Assembly: GCF_037042905.1 (NCBI RefSeq)
Contig: NC_087256.1
Location: 25,854,001-25,918,000 of the forward strand
DNA length: 64,000 nt
Source: Lytechinus pictus
Lineage: Eukaryota
Direction: 5' to 3'
Shown here: in pieces, positions 10,800 to 22,656 of the stretch
Layout: the number at the start of each line of letters is the position of its first letter
Position numbering within the stretch: the stretch's first letter is position 1
Made by a program: the position numbers and the translations under genes
The notes under the pieces: generated by a model
What the model saw: only the letters and a program-made list of their open reading frames with translations
Database searches by the model: none
What the model was told of the DNA's origin: nothing

Positions 10800-13700
10800 T
10801 TATGGTTTGTGTTGGTAGAGGACGTCAACAGTGGATTCGTAGTCGACCTGGAGGTCGAAGTCGAGGACCTGGGCTCCTAGCCTGGCTGCCCCAATGGCCG
10901 AGGACTCCTTCAGCTTGAGTAGAGTGAATTCCTGGATGTCTGGGTAAGAATCGTCAGGTCTCGCTAAGCCGGCCAGAAAACCTTCATAACAAAGGGCAGT
11001 GGATGGGAGAAAAGATAAGGAAATAGTTTAAAGCCTGTCTGTATAAGCTTTGGTGCATCCTCCCTAAATGTGTTTATATTTGTCTTGCTTGTGCTGGTCC
11101 ATTCTTAACCTACGTCATACATATACAACAACTTCCTTTTATCAAAACTATTTTACCTTTGAGTATATACAAATAGAAATTGCGCAATATAATGAACAAT
11201 CATTATTATTATTATTATTATCATTATTATGGGATTTTATGATAGGAATTCACCTTGAATTTTCAATTCCAATTTAAGACTTTTTCTTAAAGGTCAAGTC
11301 CACCCCAGAAAAATGTTTATTTGCATAAATAGAGAAAAATCAATCTATCAGAACACTGAAAATTTCATCAAAATCGGATGTAAAATAAGAAAGTTATGGC
11401 ATTTTAAAGTTTCACTTATTTTTTTTACAAAACAGTCATATGCACAACTCAGTGACATGCAATTGAGAGTCGATGATGTCACTCACTCACTATTTCTTTT
11501 CTTTTTATTGTTTGAATTATACAATATTTAATTTTTTACAGATTTGACAATAAGGACCAACTTGACTGAACCATATAGTATCAAACAATGCTAAATTCCA
11601 CATGTTCAGGAGGAATTAATCGTTGTTTCACTTGACTTTAAGGAGAAAATTAGAATATTTCATATAATAAAATACAAAAGAAATAGTGAGTGGATGACGT
11701 CATCAGTCTCCTTATTTGCATACTGACCAGGATGTGCATTTAACTGTTTTATGAAATTAAGCAAAACTTTAAAATGTCATAACTTTCTCATTTTACATAC
11801 GATTTTGATGGAATTTTCAGTGTTATGCTTGTTGGATTTTTCTCTTTTTATTCATTTCATGGGCAAGGCTGGAAAGCCAATGCTGAGACTAGGCCTGTTT
11901 CATAAATGGCCACAGTATTTCATACAAAGAGAGAGTTGTGAAATGTGCCCTTTATTCTTCAAAACTATCATTCATCCAAAATAACAAATGCACAATTTCA
12001 CACCATAAAAAGAATGTGATAAAATGTGCCCTTTAATCTTCAAAACTATTATTCAACATGAAGAGAATCTTGGTTACCTTCCTTTAATAGATCCCAGCTT
12101 TTCCAAACAGATCCAACACAGACGATCCTCAATCCACCTTCACCATTTAACAGTGTCTGCAAAGATAAAATAGGAAAATGCTACAAAACAACTCTTTAAC
12201 AAAAATTAATGATTCTTGATCATGAGAATGAATCCACAATCAGGGGGAATGACCAATTAATTTCCATTTGCACAACATCTTTATTCATTTGATTTGTACA
12301 TTTTTCAATTTATCTTCCTACCATAAGGAGGTGTTGTGGCTTAGTGGATAAGTCTCCAGACTTTAACCACACCACAGGGTGCAGGGTTCAAACCCAGTTC
12401 AGTTCAGTTTGGTATATTTTCATTTCAACTTGAGTTAATTTAACAGCAAAAGAAATCATTACAAAGATATAAATGAATGTTATACAAATAATGAATGTTT
12501 ATGAGTGCAATGGACAGAATACTTCATGATGTGAAAGATGAAATGATCCATTCAACGAAGCGTAGCCGAGTTGAATGGATCATTATTTCATATTTCACCA
12601 AATGAAGTATTCTGTCCATTGCATGAATGAAAAAACATTCATTATTTGGTTTATATGACACCAACAAATGTACTTTTTTCATATGAAATTTATGAATTTC
12701 GATGCAAAACATGCTCATGCAGTGAGAGTTCCATCTGTTGATTGTTACGTCATTACAACATGCGCACTGCTGGTGCCTGCAGCTGCAGTCTCGGTGCGCG
12801 CGTGCAATGGACAAAATCGTATGGATCCAAAATTGCATGGTTGATGACGTCATCGCAAAATGGGCTGAATGAACGATATCAAACAACCAATCAAATCACA
12901 AGGATCCTTCTAGGTGTCATATAAACAAATATATACAGTATGACAATATGAAATAGATAAATAAATATTTACAATAGACACTAAACAATATGATAATCAT
13001 ATCAATAATGATATTTACAATGAACTAGATAATCATGATAATGATAAAGCATTTTGCATATAACTTCTTTTATTCATCTTTACTATTTAAATAAATGCTG
13101 AGGAAATGGAAGGATCCACTAAAAAGCAGGGCTTGTTGAGTGTGGATTCCTCAAAAAATAAGTTAAAAGACAGATTTGTAGGTATAAGTATAAATAAGCC
13201 GCACCATGGCACTCGCATCCTTTAGCAAGGCATCTACCTACATTTGCCACCCTCCATCCAGGTGAAGTAAATGGGTACCCGGTAAGAAAGAAGTCCTTAA
13301 ATACTCTAGCACCTGATCACGGTAACGGTGCTAATGCTAAGATAATAGTATGGTGTAAATGCGGTAGAAAGCTGCACTGCCGGGTTCCTCGGGAGTTATG
13401 ACACAACAGAAACATCATTACATGTCACCATGGAAACAATTCTTTAAGGACTAAATAGTGACTGAGCTCACCTTATCTATCTTTGGAGATACAGCTACGA
13501 TGTGCCTCCCTAGTAGTCTTCCTGCTTCGTGAAACAGCCATAGACACAGAGGGTCGGCGTCATCTCGAGCTCCTGAAAGATGTGACAACGAAGGCTTACT
13601 CTTATTATGTCGGAAGAATCCTATACAGCTCAATGTGAATTACGTTGATTCTATTCAATTCAATTCTTTATTTCATTTCCATTCAAAACATAATACAAAG

Positions 13701-16700
13701 TAATATAAATCAGATACAATTTTACAGATGAACATTCTTACTTCATAAAAAAAAACAGTATAAAATTGAGCATAAATGGAAATGATGGGGGTCCACTAAA
13801 AGCAAAGCTTGTAAAGTATGGATCCCCCTTGGAAATGAAAAAAATATTGTCGACTTATTCATGTATGCGTATTATTATATGGGGCCAAATGGCAATTTTG
13901 ACATGCGCCAGAGACACACATGTGTCGGGTTTGAATCCCTCTCCAACGCGGGCTTTCAAGCCAGCCTCAACCCTGTTATTTGGGTGGTGTTACACATACA
14001 TCAAGGTGGGTGTTTCATAAAGCTGTTCGTAAAGTTACCCACAACTTTACGTACGACTGGAACATGATCTAAGGTGCTAAGTGAGCTACATAGGGATAGT
14101 GTGGCACAAGTCGTGCCACCAGTCGTGCGTAAAGTCTTGCGTAACTTTATGAACAGCTTTATGAAACACCCACCAGGTGTAGACTGGAGTAGACTGAAAC
14201 CCTCTGAGATTCTTTATCCATGTCGCCTTTTCAAGTGACTCATGTGCCTGTCTTCTTACATCAATATTTTCTATTGTTTGTTAGCCATGAAAATCGTTCC
14301 CTTTATCTAGTTCAGTGGTTAAGCCGCCTTGGGGGTAATTGCAAGACTCGCATCGCATTTAAGGTGGACTCAGTCTAGTCTGGCAATCAAAAATAGTGAG
14401 GTGATGTTACTGCCTCCAGGGCCGGCCTCAGTCCACTTTAAACGTATGTGTATCTTGGGCCATAGTGAGAGTTACAGAGAAATGCAAATAATGGCAGATA
14501 CCTTAAATCTGGTACTCCTTCTGTATATCAATACTGGATTGTCTTTGGAAGATAAGAGGGGTATCCAGATTCATCTGGACCAGGAAACATTGCATAAGAT
14601 CAAGAAGAGGGGGGGGGGTGGTGATTCAATTTTTGACTGAAATCAACTTTTTATGCCATAAACATGTAGTGAAATCTGAAAAAATGAACAGAATGTGTCT
14701 TTACCTACGGATAGCCGCTTGCAGAAGCCAGCGAACTTTGATTTGTCGAAGTTGGTATAAACTTGGTCTAAAAGGCCAAATCTCTCAGAAATCTGAAAAA
14801 GGAAAAGTAAACAAGAGACTGAAAATGGTTACAAATGGAATGATACAAAAATAAATTGAATATACAAAAACTATGAGGCGCCCTTACTATATTATGGCTG
14901 AATCTTGTGTGTGTGAGTGTTTTGGTCTTTCTGTTCATGCACTTGTATACTCATGGCTAGTTGCTGAATCCCCCTAACATGTTGCCAATTCTACTTATTT
15001 AAACCATCTGAAAATTCTGGCAGACCTCAAAACTCCTGAGGCCCGTTTCATAAAGGACTTGCAACTGTTGTAACTTTGCCATCATGGCAACTACCATGGT
15101 AACAGGGCTCAGCAGCCAATCAAAATCAAGGTTGCCATGGTAGTTGCCATAATGGCAAAGTTACAACAGTTGTAACTCTTTATGAAAATGCAAGGGCATG
15201 AACTTTTTTTTTTAACAAGAAACAAACTACTTTGAGATGCCATTCCTGGTCAGCATAGGGGATACAGAATATCAATACAGATTAATACTAGACAGTGCAT
15301 AAGAGAGGACATCAGAATAGGTAGGTCTTATTTTGTTTAAATTTGAAAGATTTAAGAGGAGGGAGCTTATTCTTTACAGCCTGGGTGCGGTAGAGGAGAA
15401 CGCTGCATCGCCAGCAAATTGATAGGTGCATAGCCTATAATCTACGTAGATGGAGCCTACAGCTTTGTCTATGCTCTTACAAGTCTGATGATGTCACATG
15501 AAATGTAAGCAATACGTCTGATACGGAAGACTGCGAACATGCTGCCCATTCACTCCCATCTTGCTATAGTTGTTTTTTTTATCATTGAAAGTCCGGTTTG
15601 TACTCTTTCGCATCAGGCGTATCGCTAACGCTTAGCGTAACAGCAAAGATATAGCCTTAGAATCTGCGTAGATTAAAGGCTAATAGCACATGGTAGAGTA
15701 AGGTCACTACCGATAAAAGACATTTAACCACTACACTTAATTACACATAAACATGGCGTAAGTTTAAGCAAAGACTGATCTCAGAAGAGAGAAAGATTCA
15801 ATTTACCCCATAGTATTCCTCCATGGCTTTTTTAACGTATGCTATGTCATGCGGTGGTGGTGCTAGATTATCTAGAGCATCAAAGACAGTCTTAACAGCT
15901 TTCTGTGATATCCAATACGCTAAATGGGAAATGTAACGAAATACAGAAAATTCAATGATTCTTTACAGTTTGATGTGATACCTAGTATGCTGAATAGGAA
16001 ATACAAATGAAAATATATTTCATCAATCTGAGCCTGTTCCACTGAAGTGTTATTTGTTTGATTTAACCTCAACTATTGAGAGCCAGCAATGCCATAATAT
16101 GTAATATGCCATAATATGTAAACACATGAAATTCAAGAATGCTGGCTTTCCATAGATCAAGTCAAATAAATAACGCTGCTTTAGTAAGACAGGCCCGGAT
16201 TGCATTGTTGAGATTGATGAAATTAGGGTTAATGGATGAGATTAGCCATGAAAGTTTAAACCTTGTTTATTGGATATCACAAGTTTGTGTGTGCAACTCT
16301 GGAAAATGATCTTGTCTTAATCTTATTTGTTTGGTTGCTTTTTTTTTTAGACGTACAAGTATCACAAAATATTTTTTTTAAAGCCATAATTTGTATCACA
16401 TATTTTTACATTTCCTTTTCCATTGACTTTGAAATATGAAATGAACATGAAATACTACGGCTGAGCTTTGGCATGACATGGCTGAAAGAACTATTGGAGT
16501 GTTGCAGGCTCACTCAGAAGTGACAGAAAGATTTGTTTCACATTTGTGGATGGGGTAACAAATTCCCTGAAGTGTCCTGCTAGTAATTTTTTTTCCCTGA
16601 AAAATTGTGCAAACTATAACTATGACTACTGTATATGCCTCAATTATGGCTAATTAAAAAGCAGTGTTGCTGGCATGAAGTGATTAGGAAAGTTAGAGTA

Positions 16701-19700
16701 AAAAAGGATCGAGGACAGTGGGGAAACTAATATGCTTTTCACGCTGCACATATATTTTCCTTAACCCCAGGAAATTGGTGGGGCTAAGGGGGGGAGGGGT
16801 CTCAGCCCACTTTGTTTTCACATTACGTTTTTAGCAAAGTGGGCTAGCACGGTAAATAGTACAATACTATCTAGCCCTGACAAAAAGCAGGGTTAGCGGG
16901 CTAATTGCAGTGCTAGCACCACAATTGCAGTGCTAAGAGATGCAGTGTGAAACGAAACCGGGCTAGGGAAAAGTGGGGCTAAGCGTTAGCCAATCACAAC
17001 AGTCAAAATTGCATGTTAATGACGCTCTGTGTGGCAAAATCATCAATATTCATGAGTTGCGCGATAGTCCGGGGTTAAGGCGTTAACCCCGGCTAAGCAA
17101 ATAGTATGGGGTTAAGAAAGACAGTGTGATACCAATAAAAATATTGGGGTTAAGGAAATGCAGTGTGAAAAGCATATAAGAAAGAGGGTAGGTGAGAAGG
17201 AGAAGGAATAGTTGGAAAAGCATCCCACAAAAAAGGTAACCAGGATTCCCAGTCTTTTTTTTTTTTAACATAGCCAAATAATTTATGGTCTCTCATTCAC
17301 ATCATCATAAAAATGTTGATGCCAAATATGATATGAATAGTTTATAAAATGATGAGCAAGAAGAGTTGAAGAAATCAATGCCAAATCTGTTGCGCAGAAA
17401 GAATGGGGTGAAATACAAAAAGATGCGACCCTAAAAGAGACGCTTACTGGCATATCTTATGCTTACTTTGTGAAGTTTTGTTCACTAATCTCCAAATGAA
17501 CTCATTGAATTCAAATGTCAAATTCTGTTTATTCACATCCAATAAAAACGCAACAAGAATACATACAATAACACAGGTCAAGTCCCTTTTCAGATTCAAA
17601 AGTTAATCTTTACCCACCTGAGCTTTCATCACCAAGCATATGACCCCATCCTCCGCAGCCATGGACCGTTCCATCAGGATTGATCAGCTGGCAGTTCGAA
17701 CCAGTACCAGAGATTAGCACTATGCCTCCTGTGTGGACAATTCATGTAGAGTGAAAAAAAAAAAAATAAATAAATTATAACAACAGGATGAAAAAGGATA
17801 AGATACTGAACTTACATGTGACAGATTAGCCTTTAGGAAGAGTAGCTACATGTATGGAGCGCTCCGTCCATCAGGGTTCATAAGCTAACAGTGTATAGTG
17901 TGTGCTTGCAGTTCACGCAGAGTGAAAAAATATACAATGGCACTGACATGCGGTAGGTAAATTAGAGACTACATTACAGGGAACAATGTGAAATAAGGGG
18001 GAAAACTTTTGAGAGACTAAACAATAACTACAGACCATATATTTCATCAGGTTTGATAAGCTAGCAGTGAGAACTATTTTAGTTACTACTCCCGGTGGGT
18101 GTTTCATAAAGCTGTTTGTAAGTTAAGAGCGACTTTAAGAACGACTGGTGATCCTTTCTTGTTGTAAATGGTAGATTAATTGGCGATGGGTTAGTGCGTA
18201 AGAAAGGATCACCAGTCGTTCTTAAAGTCGCTCTTAACTTACGAACAGCTTTATGAAACGGCCCCCTGGACAGTTATGATTGAAATGAGCACCAAAATGT
18301 GGTGTGACAAATTGTACTGTTAGAGATTTGTGTCATTGTTGGTTTATATCCATATTTACCCCCAACTTTAGATCAGAATTTAAATTCTAGGCCACACCAA
18401 GACACCATCTTACAAAGGTTGTGATTGATCCAGTCAATCCGAACTATGGAAATCCAACAAGGTCATATTTCTTCACATGTACAGAAAATAAATACAATGT
18501 CCATTTGGAAACAAGGAGGAACACAGATTTATCAAGAGAATAATGAAAGCACGCGTACAAACCCTAGTTAGAAAATACTTTGAACAGACATCTAGCATTC
18601 TAGATGTTACCTGGCATCGCTGGCTTGTCATAGTAGTGATTAATCGGATCGATCGCAACTCTTTGTAACACTGGACCCTGAATTCCGGCCTATGACTTTA
18701 TTCACTCACCAGCTTTACAAGCAGTGGCGATGGCTCCATATGTATCAGTGCACATGTGATAATTCTTGCTGACATACGGAAAGGTTCCCTTCATTCCATC
18801 GATGACCTTACGCTGACCTTCCTTTTGCTCGCCACCACTCAGAGAAAGACCCTAAAAAATAGGAATATTACAATAAGTCAAAGAATAATCAAGGCTAAAA
18901 AAAGAAAGAAAATAGAATACCGGTACAGGGCTCCTATTAACACAAGGCCACCAAAGGCCATGGCCTCTGGTGTCCCCAGAATGGCCTTGATACCCTTCTA
19001 AATAGACTACACAGGCCAAAATAAGTGCCCTTTTTAACGAAAACCTTGGTACACTATGGTAATCCATAGTGTCCCATTGAAAAGTAAATTTTACTCTTGA
19101 TGCCCCTTTTAATGGCCTTGGATGCCCCAAGGGCCCTATTAAAAAATTGTGTTTTCAATTTAATTCTTAATTCGAGCCCTTCCGGTACAGCTTGGCTTAT
19201 GTTTCCATTTTTCAGACCACAATTATCCTTTTGTTATGTTTTAGTTCAAAACCCAGCCGTGTCCTTGCTAATTTACATTCAAAATGTTTCTAGCGATGCT
19301 TAAAAGCAACACCAACTCTGTTTATGCATTCACATTATGTTGATGCGTAAATGCATTTCCTGTTTGAGTAAAACAAGAGAATACTCCGTACAAGAAGCAC
19401 GCATCACAACTCGACCTCTCCTTCCAGGTGAATGAATCATCCGGGCCCCGTCTTTACAAAGAGTTGCGATTGATTCGATCAACCACAACAATGGACGGCC
19501 AGCAACGTCATCATCTAAAATGCATGTTTGTTAAAAATATTTTCTAGATATGATGTATAGTCATACATTCATTATTTTTATTTTCTTGAAGATTCAGTGT
19601 GATTCTTTTTGTTTACTAAGGAAATTGAGTAAATTTCCTGTAGAAAAAAAATTATGGTATACATGTAGATGGATTTCCATAAGTTGAAATCGATTGGATC

Positions 19701-22223
19701 AATCGTAGCTCTTTGTAAAACAGGGCCCCGGAGTGTGGTTTTGAAACCTCAAGATATATTGATAATACTTCATGAAAGTGGATCTACATTATGAGCATGC
19801 ATTCCTATGGGAAGAAGTAAACCCAACCAATGTCTTTGTGAAATACTCCCTCTTCTTCTTACCAGTGCCTCAAGTGGAGTTTGAGTATCAATACCGGCCT
19901 TCTTCTTCGCTTCCTCTGCCATGCTGTTGATTCTTTCCAGACACAGGTTGATACCTATCAACTGGTAAAAAAAAAGAAAATATGTTCAAGATTGGAATAA
20001 GTAACATGTTTTAATATGAAATGTATGTAGGAAATTATGGTCCATTGTGAGAGCTATATTATAGGGATTATGGAGGCTGAAGGTAATATGTTTTTTTAAT
20101 AAACAGAGTAAAATCAAACTCAAGAAAAACATACACAAAAATCATCAAAATCAGATGAAAAAAAAACTGAATTCTTGCATGATTTTGATGAAATTGTTTC
20201 AACAACAACTACTACTACTTACCTACTACTACTACTACTACTACTATTATTACTACTACTACTACTACTACTACTATTACTACTACTACGACTACTACTA
20301 CTAATTTTACTACTACTAGTAGTAGTAGTAATAATACTACAACTACTTCAACGTCTACTACAGTACTACCCTACTACTGTGACCACCACCACCACCACTT
20401 CTACAACTAACTAATACAACAACTCCTACTACTACTTCTTCTACTACTACTACAAATAATTGATAAAATAATTTGGTTTTCTCAGAAATTACTACATGTT
20501 GTTCATCATCATATTATCATCATGCAACATTACTCATCATCATAATCATCATTAGAATCATCATCATCATCATCAATATCATCATAATCATCAACATCAT
20601 CACCACAATCATCATCATCATCATCACTATCAATCATCATCATGCAACATCATTAGCATCACAACAATATTTATCATTAACATCATATTCATCATCAATC
20701 ATCATCATTACCATCATCATCGATCATCATCATCCTCATCATCACCACCACCACCACCATCATGTTCATCACCATCATTATTATCACAAGTTACATCATC
20801 ATCCCAATTATCAATCATCACCATCATGTTTGATCATGATCATCACCATTATCATCATCAGCAGTAGACAGCTGGCAGCTGTCTGTTTCGAGGAGTTTTT
20901 TTATTTTGCTCGCTATCCGGCAGCCACCATTAGGGGACTTACAATGCAGTATCCCCCCGTCGGGGCTCTTCAATTTTTGTCTTTAATGAATCAAACTTTT
21001 GAAAATTAACGTGTCCGAAATGCAAATTAATATTCCCTCCGGGCATTAATTGCCAAAAAACGGGGAAAAATTAAAAGGAACAAAAACAGTGACTTACCTC
21101 GGCTGTCGCGCAACTTCACCTCCCTGTTTTATCCGAACTTATAATACATAAACATATGGCCATTGAGTCCCCTGTACAGATCGCGCTAGAACTTCGGTCT
21201 CTGTATTTGGTGAGTGAAGCCAACGGAGTTCAGCTGAACAACCAACATAACAGAGACCGAGGCTTTTGGTCTACATCAGCAGCAGCATTTATCATCATTA
21301 TGATTATCATCATCATCATCACCACCATCATCATCATCACCACCCCCACCACCACCACCATCATCATCATTAGGATCATCATCACTATCACCACCCTTGA
21401 TCCTCCACCTCCCCCTCCTCTTCATCATCAGCTAAGATAAGTACCGGGTATTTATAGTAATTTTTACTTTATGACCGTGACAATTATTTATTAGAATGAA
21501 CATCAAGTTTTTTCAAATTGTCATGATTAGTTTAATCTCACCCAGTGATTGGTACTCTGTTCTTCACTCCAAGCTAGTATGGATCCAGTTTCATCCATAA
21601 TCACCATCTTTGAGTGGGTGGCCCCTCTTCAGGGAAAGAAAAGAAAAAACAAGAATAAAAAAATTTAACAAATTGATTATCCTATTAAAAGTATTATTTG
21701 TTGCAATCAAAACTCAACACTCGAGTCGTGACTCAGTTTTAACTCATGAATGTATAGCCAGAAAATTATACATGTTACTCAAAGGCAAGCATCATTTTTC
21801 ACTTTGCAAGAAAACTCGAAACTTAAGACTTAAGTTAATTTATGCCATGGGCTTTGAAAAAAATATTGTGATTCCAACCAGCAAATTAAACACTCAACAC
21901 TAACCGTTTACGTACTATTTAGGTCTAATTTATTTGCATATCAGCTTAGCCTTAGTAAGATCTGCAGCCTTTCTATTTCAACTTATAAAATGCAAAATAT
22001 ATTATGGTATATTTGTTCACTCTAGTCTTGACAACTCTCAATCTTTGAAGTTTGATAGAATATGGATGATGAATTAAAATGACACTTTTTACTGGATTAG
22101 GATTTTTAGGAATATCTGAGTTCTGACATCACAAATCTGGCTAACCAACCTTAAATTCTTTCTGTATTTGGCTTAGACTCACCCTTCTATTCCTCCATAA
22201 TATGCTTTTCCAGAATCACCCAT
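10800..22223 (-). CDS. NAGK: N-acetyl-D-glucosamine kinase, 10 coding exons, 346 aa
   Basis: Exons (minus): 22183-22223, 21542-21626, 19863-19961, 18710-18851, 17618-17728, 15807-15919, 14705-14792, 13472-13572, 12078-12156, 10800-10981. All GT-AG, phases join to 1041 nt. Translation [19 protein letters not shown]...STNHWLIG...GLSLSGGEQ...[19 protein letters not shown]...[12 protein letters not shown]...[10 protein letters not shown]...[16 protein letters not shown]...[12 protein letters not shown] matches the vertebrate NAGK sequence as I recall it. Confidence 0.96.
11291..11854 (-). mobile_element. Kolobok/T2-like MITE family A, copy 3 (inverted, one end truncated)
   Basis: TTAA|AGGTCAAGTCCACCCCAG followed by the reverse complement of the family A body. 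Confidence 0.88.
12327..13350 (+). mobile_element. tRNA-derived SINE split by nested insertions
   Basis: A box TGGCTTAGTGG (12337-12347) and B box GGTTCAAACCC (12385-12395). The body resumes at ~13197 with CATCCTTTAGCAAGGCA..CCAGGTG..AAATGGGTACCCGG, typical of a SINE central domain. Confidence 0.65.
12486..12930. mobile_element. Hairpin-ended non-autonomous element (Crypton-like, tentative)
   Basis: Long hairpin 12486-12647 centred on TTCAAC-GAAGCGTAGCCGA-GTTGAA, plus an inverted pair TTTATATGACACC (~12650) / GGTGTCATATAAA (~12913). Confidence 0.55.
14004..14174. mobile_element. Short palindromic MITE (GGTGTTTCATAAAGCTG TIR)
   Basis: TIR GGTGGGTGTTTCATAAAGCTGTTCGTAAAGTTAC and its reverse complement; relative at 18094-18266. 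Confidence 0.8.
15040..15187. mobile_element. Short palindromic MITE with central CAGCCAATCA
   Basis: Arms ACTGTTGTAACTTTGCCAT..TGGCAACTACCATGG are inverted; relatives at ~30436-30560 and ~53630-53776. Confidence 0.75.
15204..15420 (-). mobile_element. L2/CR1-type LINE 3' remnant
   Basis: The minus strand reads [21 protein letters not shown]...KTYLF, the typical C-terminus of L2-clade ORF2, with a stop and frameshifts. Confidence 0.6.
16731..17176. mobile_element. TIR element with repeated GGGGTTAAG/GGGCTA motifs
   Basis: TIR TATGCTTTTCAC / GTGAAAAGCATA; related to 60262-60808 and to a fragment at ~49925-49992. Confidence 0.75.
18094..18266. mobile_element. Short palindromic MITE
   Basis: ~65-bp near-perfect inverted arms (GTTTCATAAAGCTG..AAGAACGACTGGTGATCCTTTCTT). 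Confidence 0.85.
19443..19728. mobile_element. Harbinger-like MITE (GGGCCC termini)
   Basis: TIR GGGCCC.GT.TTTACAAAGAG; paralogues at 58782-59052 and, degenerate, ~18405-18680. Confidence 0.8.
20200..21430. repeat. Compound (CTA)n and (CAT/CAC)n microsatellite tracts in a NAGK intron
   Basis: (CTA)n at ~20205-20455; (CAT)n at ~20500-20860 and ~21290-21430, split by family B copy 2. Confidence 0.95.
20865..21273 (+). mobile_element. Family B non-autonomous element with 9-bp TSD, copy 2
   Basis: TSD CATCAGCAG at 20856-20864 and 21274-21282; termini TAGAC...GTCTA; highly similar to 1250-1694. Confidence 0.9.
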
Positions 22224-22552
22224 CTTAGCTGTAGCCAAAGGTCTGAAAATGAAAAGGGTTGATTATTTGTTTGTTACTGAACTAACAAGTTGAATTGAGT
22301 CAAAACAACAGCTGGAAATTCCTCATTTCGTCTAATCATCAGCTCATCTCATATTCATAACACAGTGTACATGCGCAATTTATTTGGCGATAAATGGCTT
22401 GGAGCTAAACGCAAAAAGTGGGCGTGTCTACGCCTTCCTCGTTCGTATGTGCACAAACGGTAATTTTACTCTGGCTTACAAAGGGCCCGATGTGGCGTTT
22501 TCAAGCCCGTATTTCCGCACAAAACGCCGCCCTCATTAACGTTTGACGTTAC

Positions 22553-22656
22553 CTCGTTGTAAATCCGAACAAGGATCTTCTATCTTGGATTTCGGTTCAA
22601 ATATTCTCTTTTGCTGATTGGACTTATAATTCGAGAGACGGCTTCAGCAAAGATAA
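22553..22656. promoter_or_regulatory. Compact bidirectional promoter for NAGK/MRPS26, including the probable NAGK non-coding first exon
   Basis: The NAGK ATG exon begins with an acceptor (AG at 22243-22244, minus). The nearest strong minus-strand donor is GAG|GTAACG at 22553/22552. A CTGATTGG (CCAAT box) lies at ~22614-22621 in CpG-rich context. TSSs are not determined. Confidence 0.6.

Noticed and set aside
12327-12395. tRNA gene
   Set aside because: A and B boxes are present, but there is no intact cloverleaf or acceptor stem and it continues into a SINE body.
20175-21440. Poly-Leu, poly-Ile and poly-His ORFs
   Set aside because: Translations of (CTA)n/(CAT)n microsatellites and of family B, antisense within a NAGK intron.
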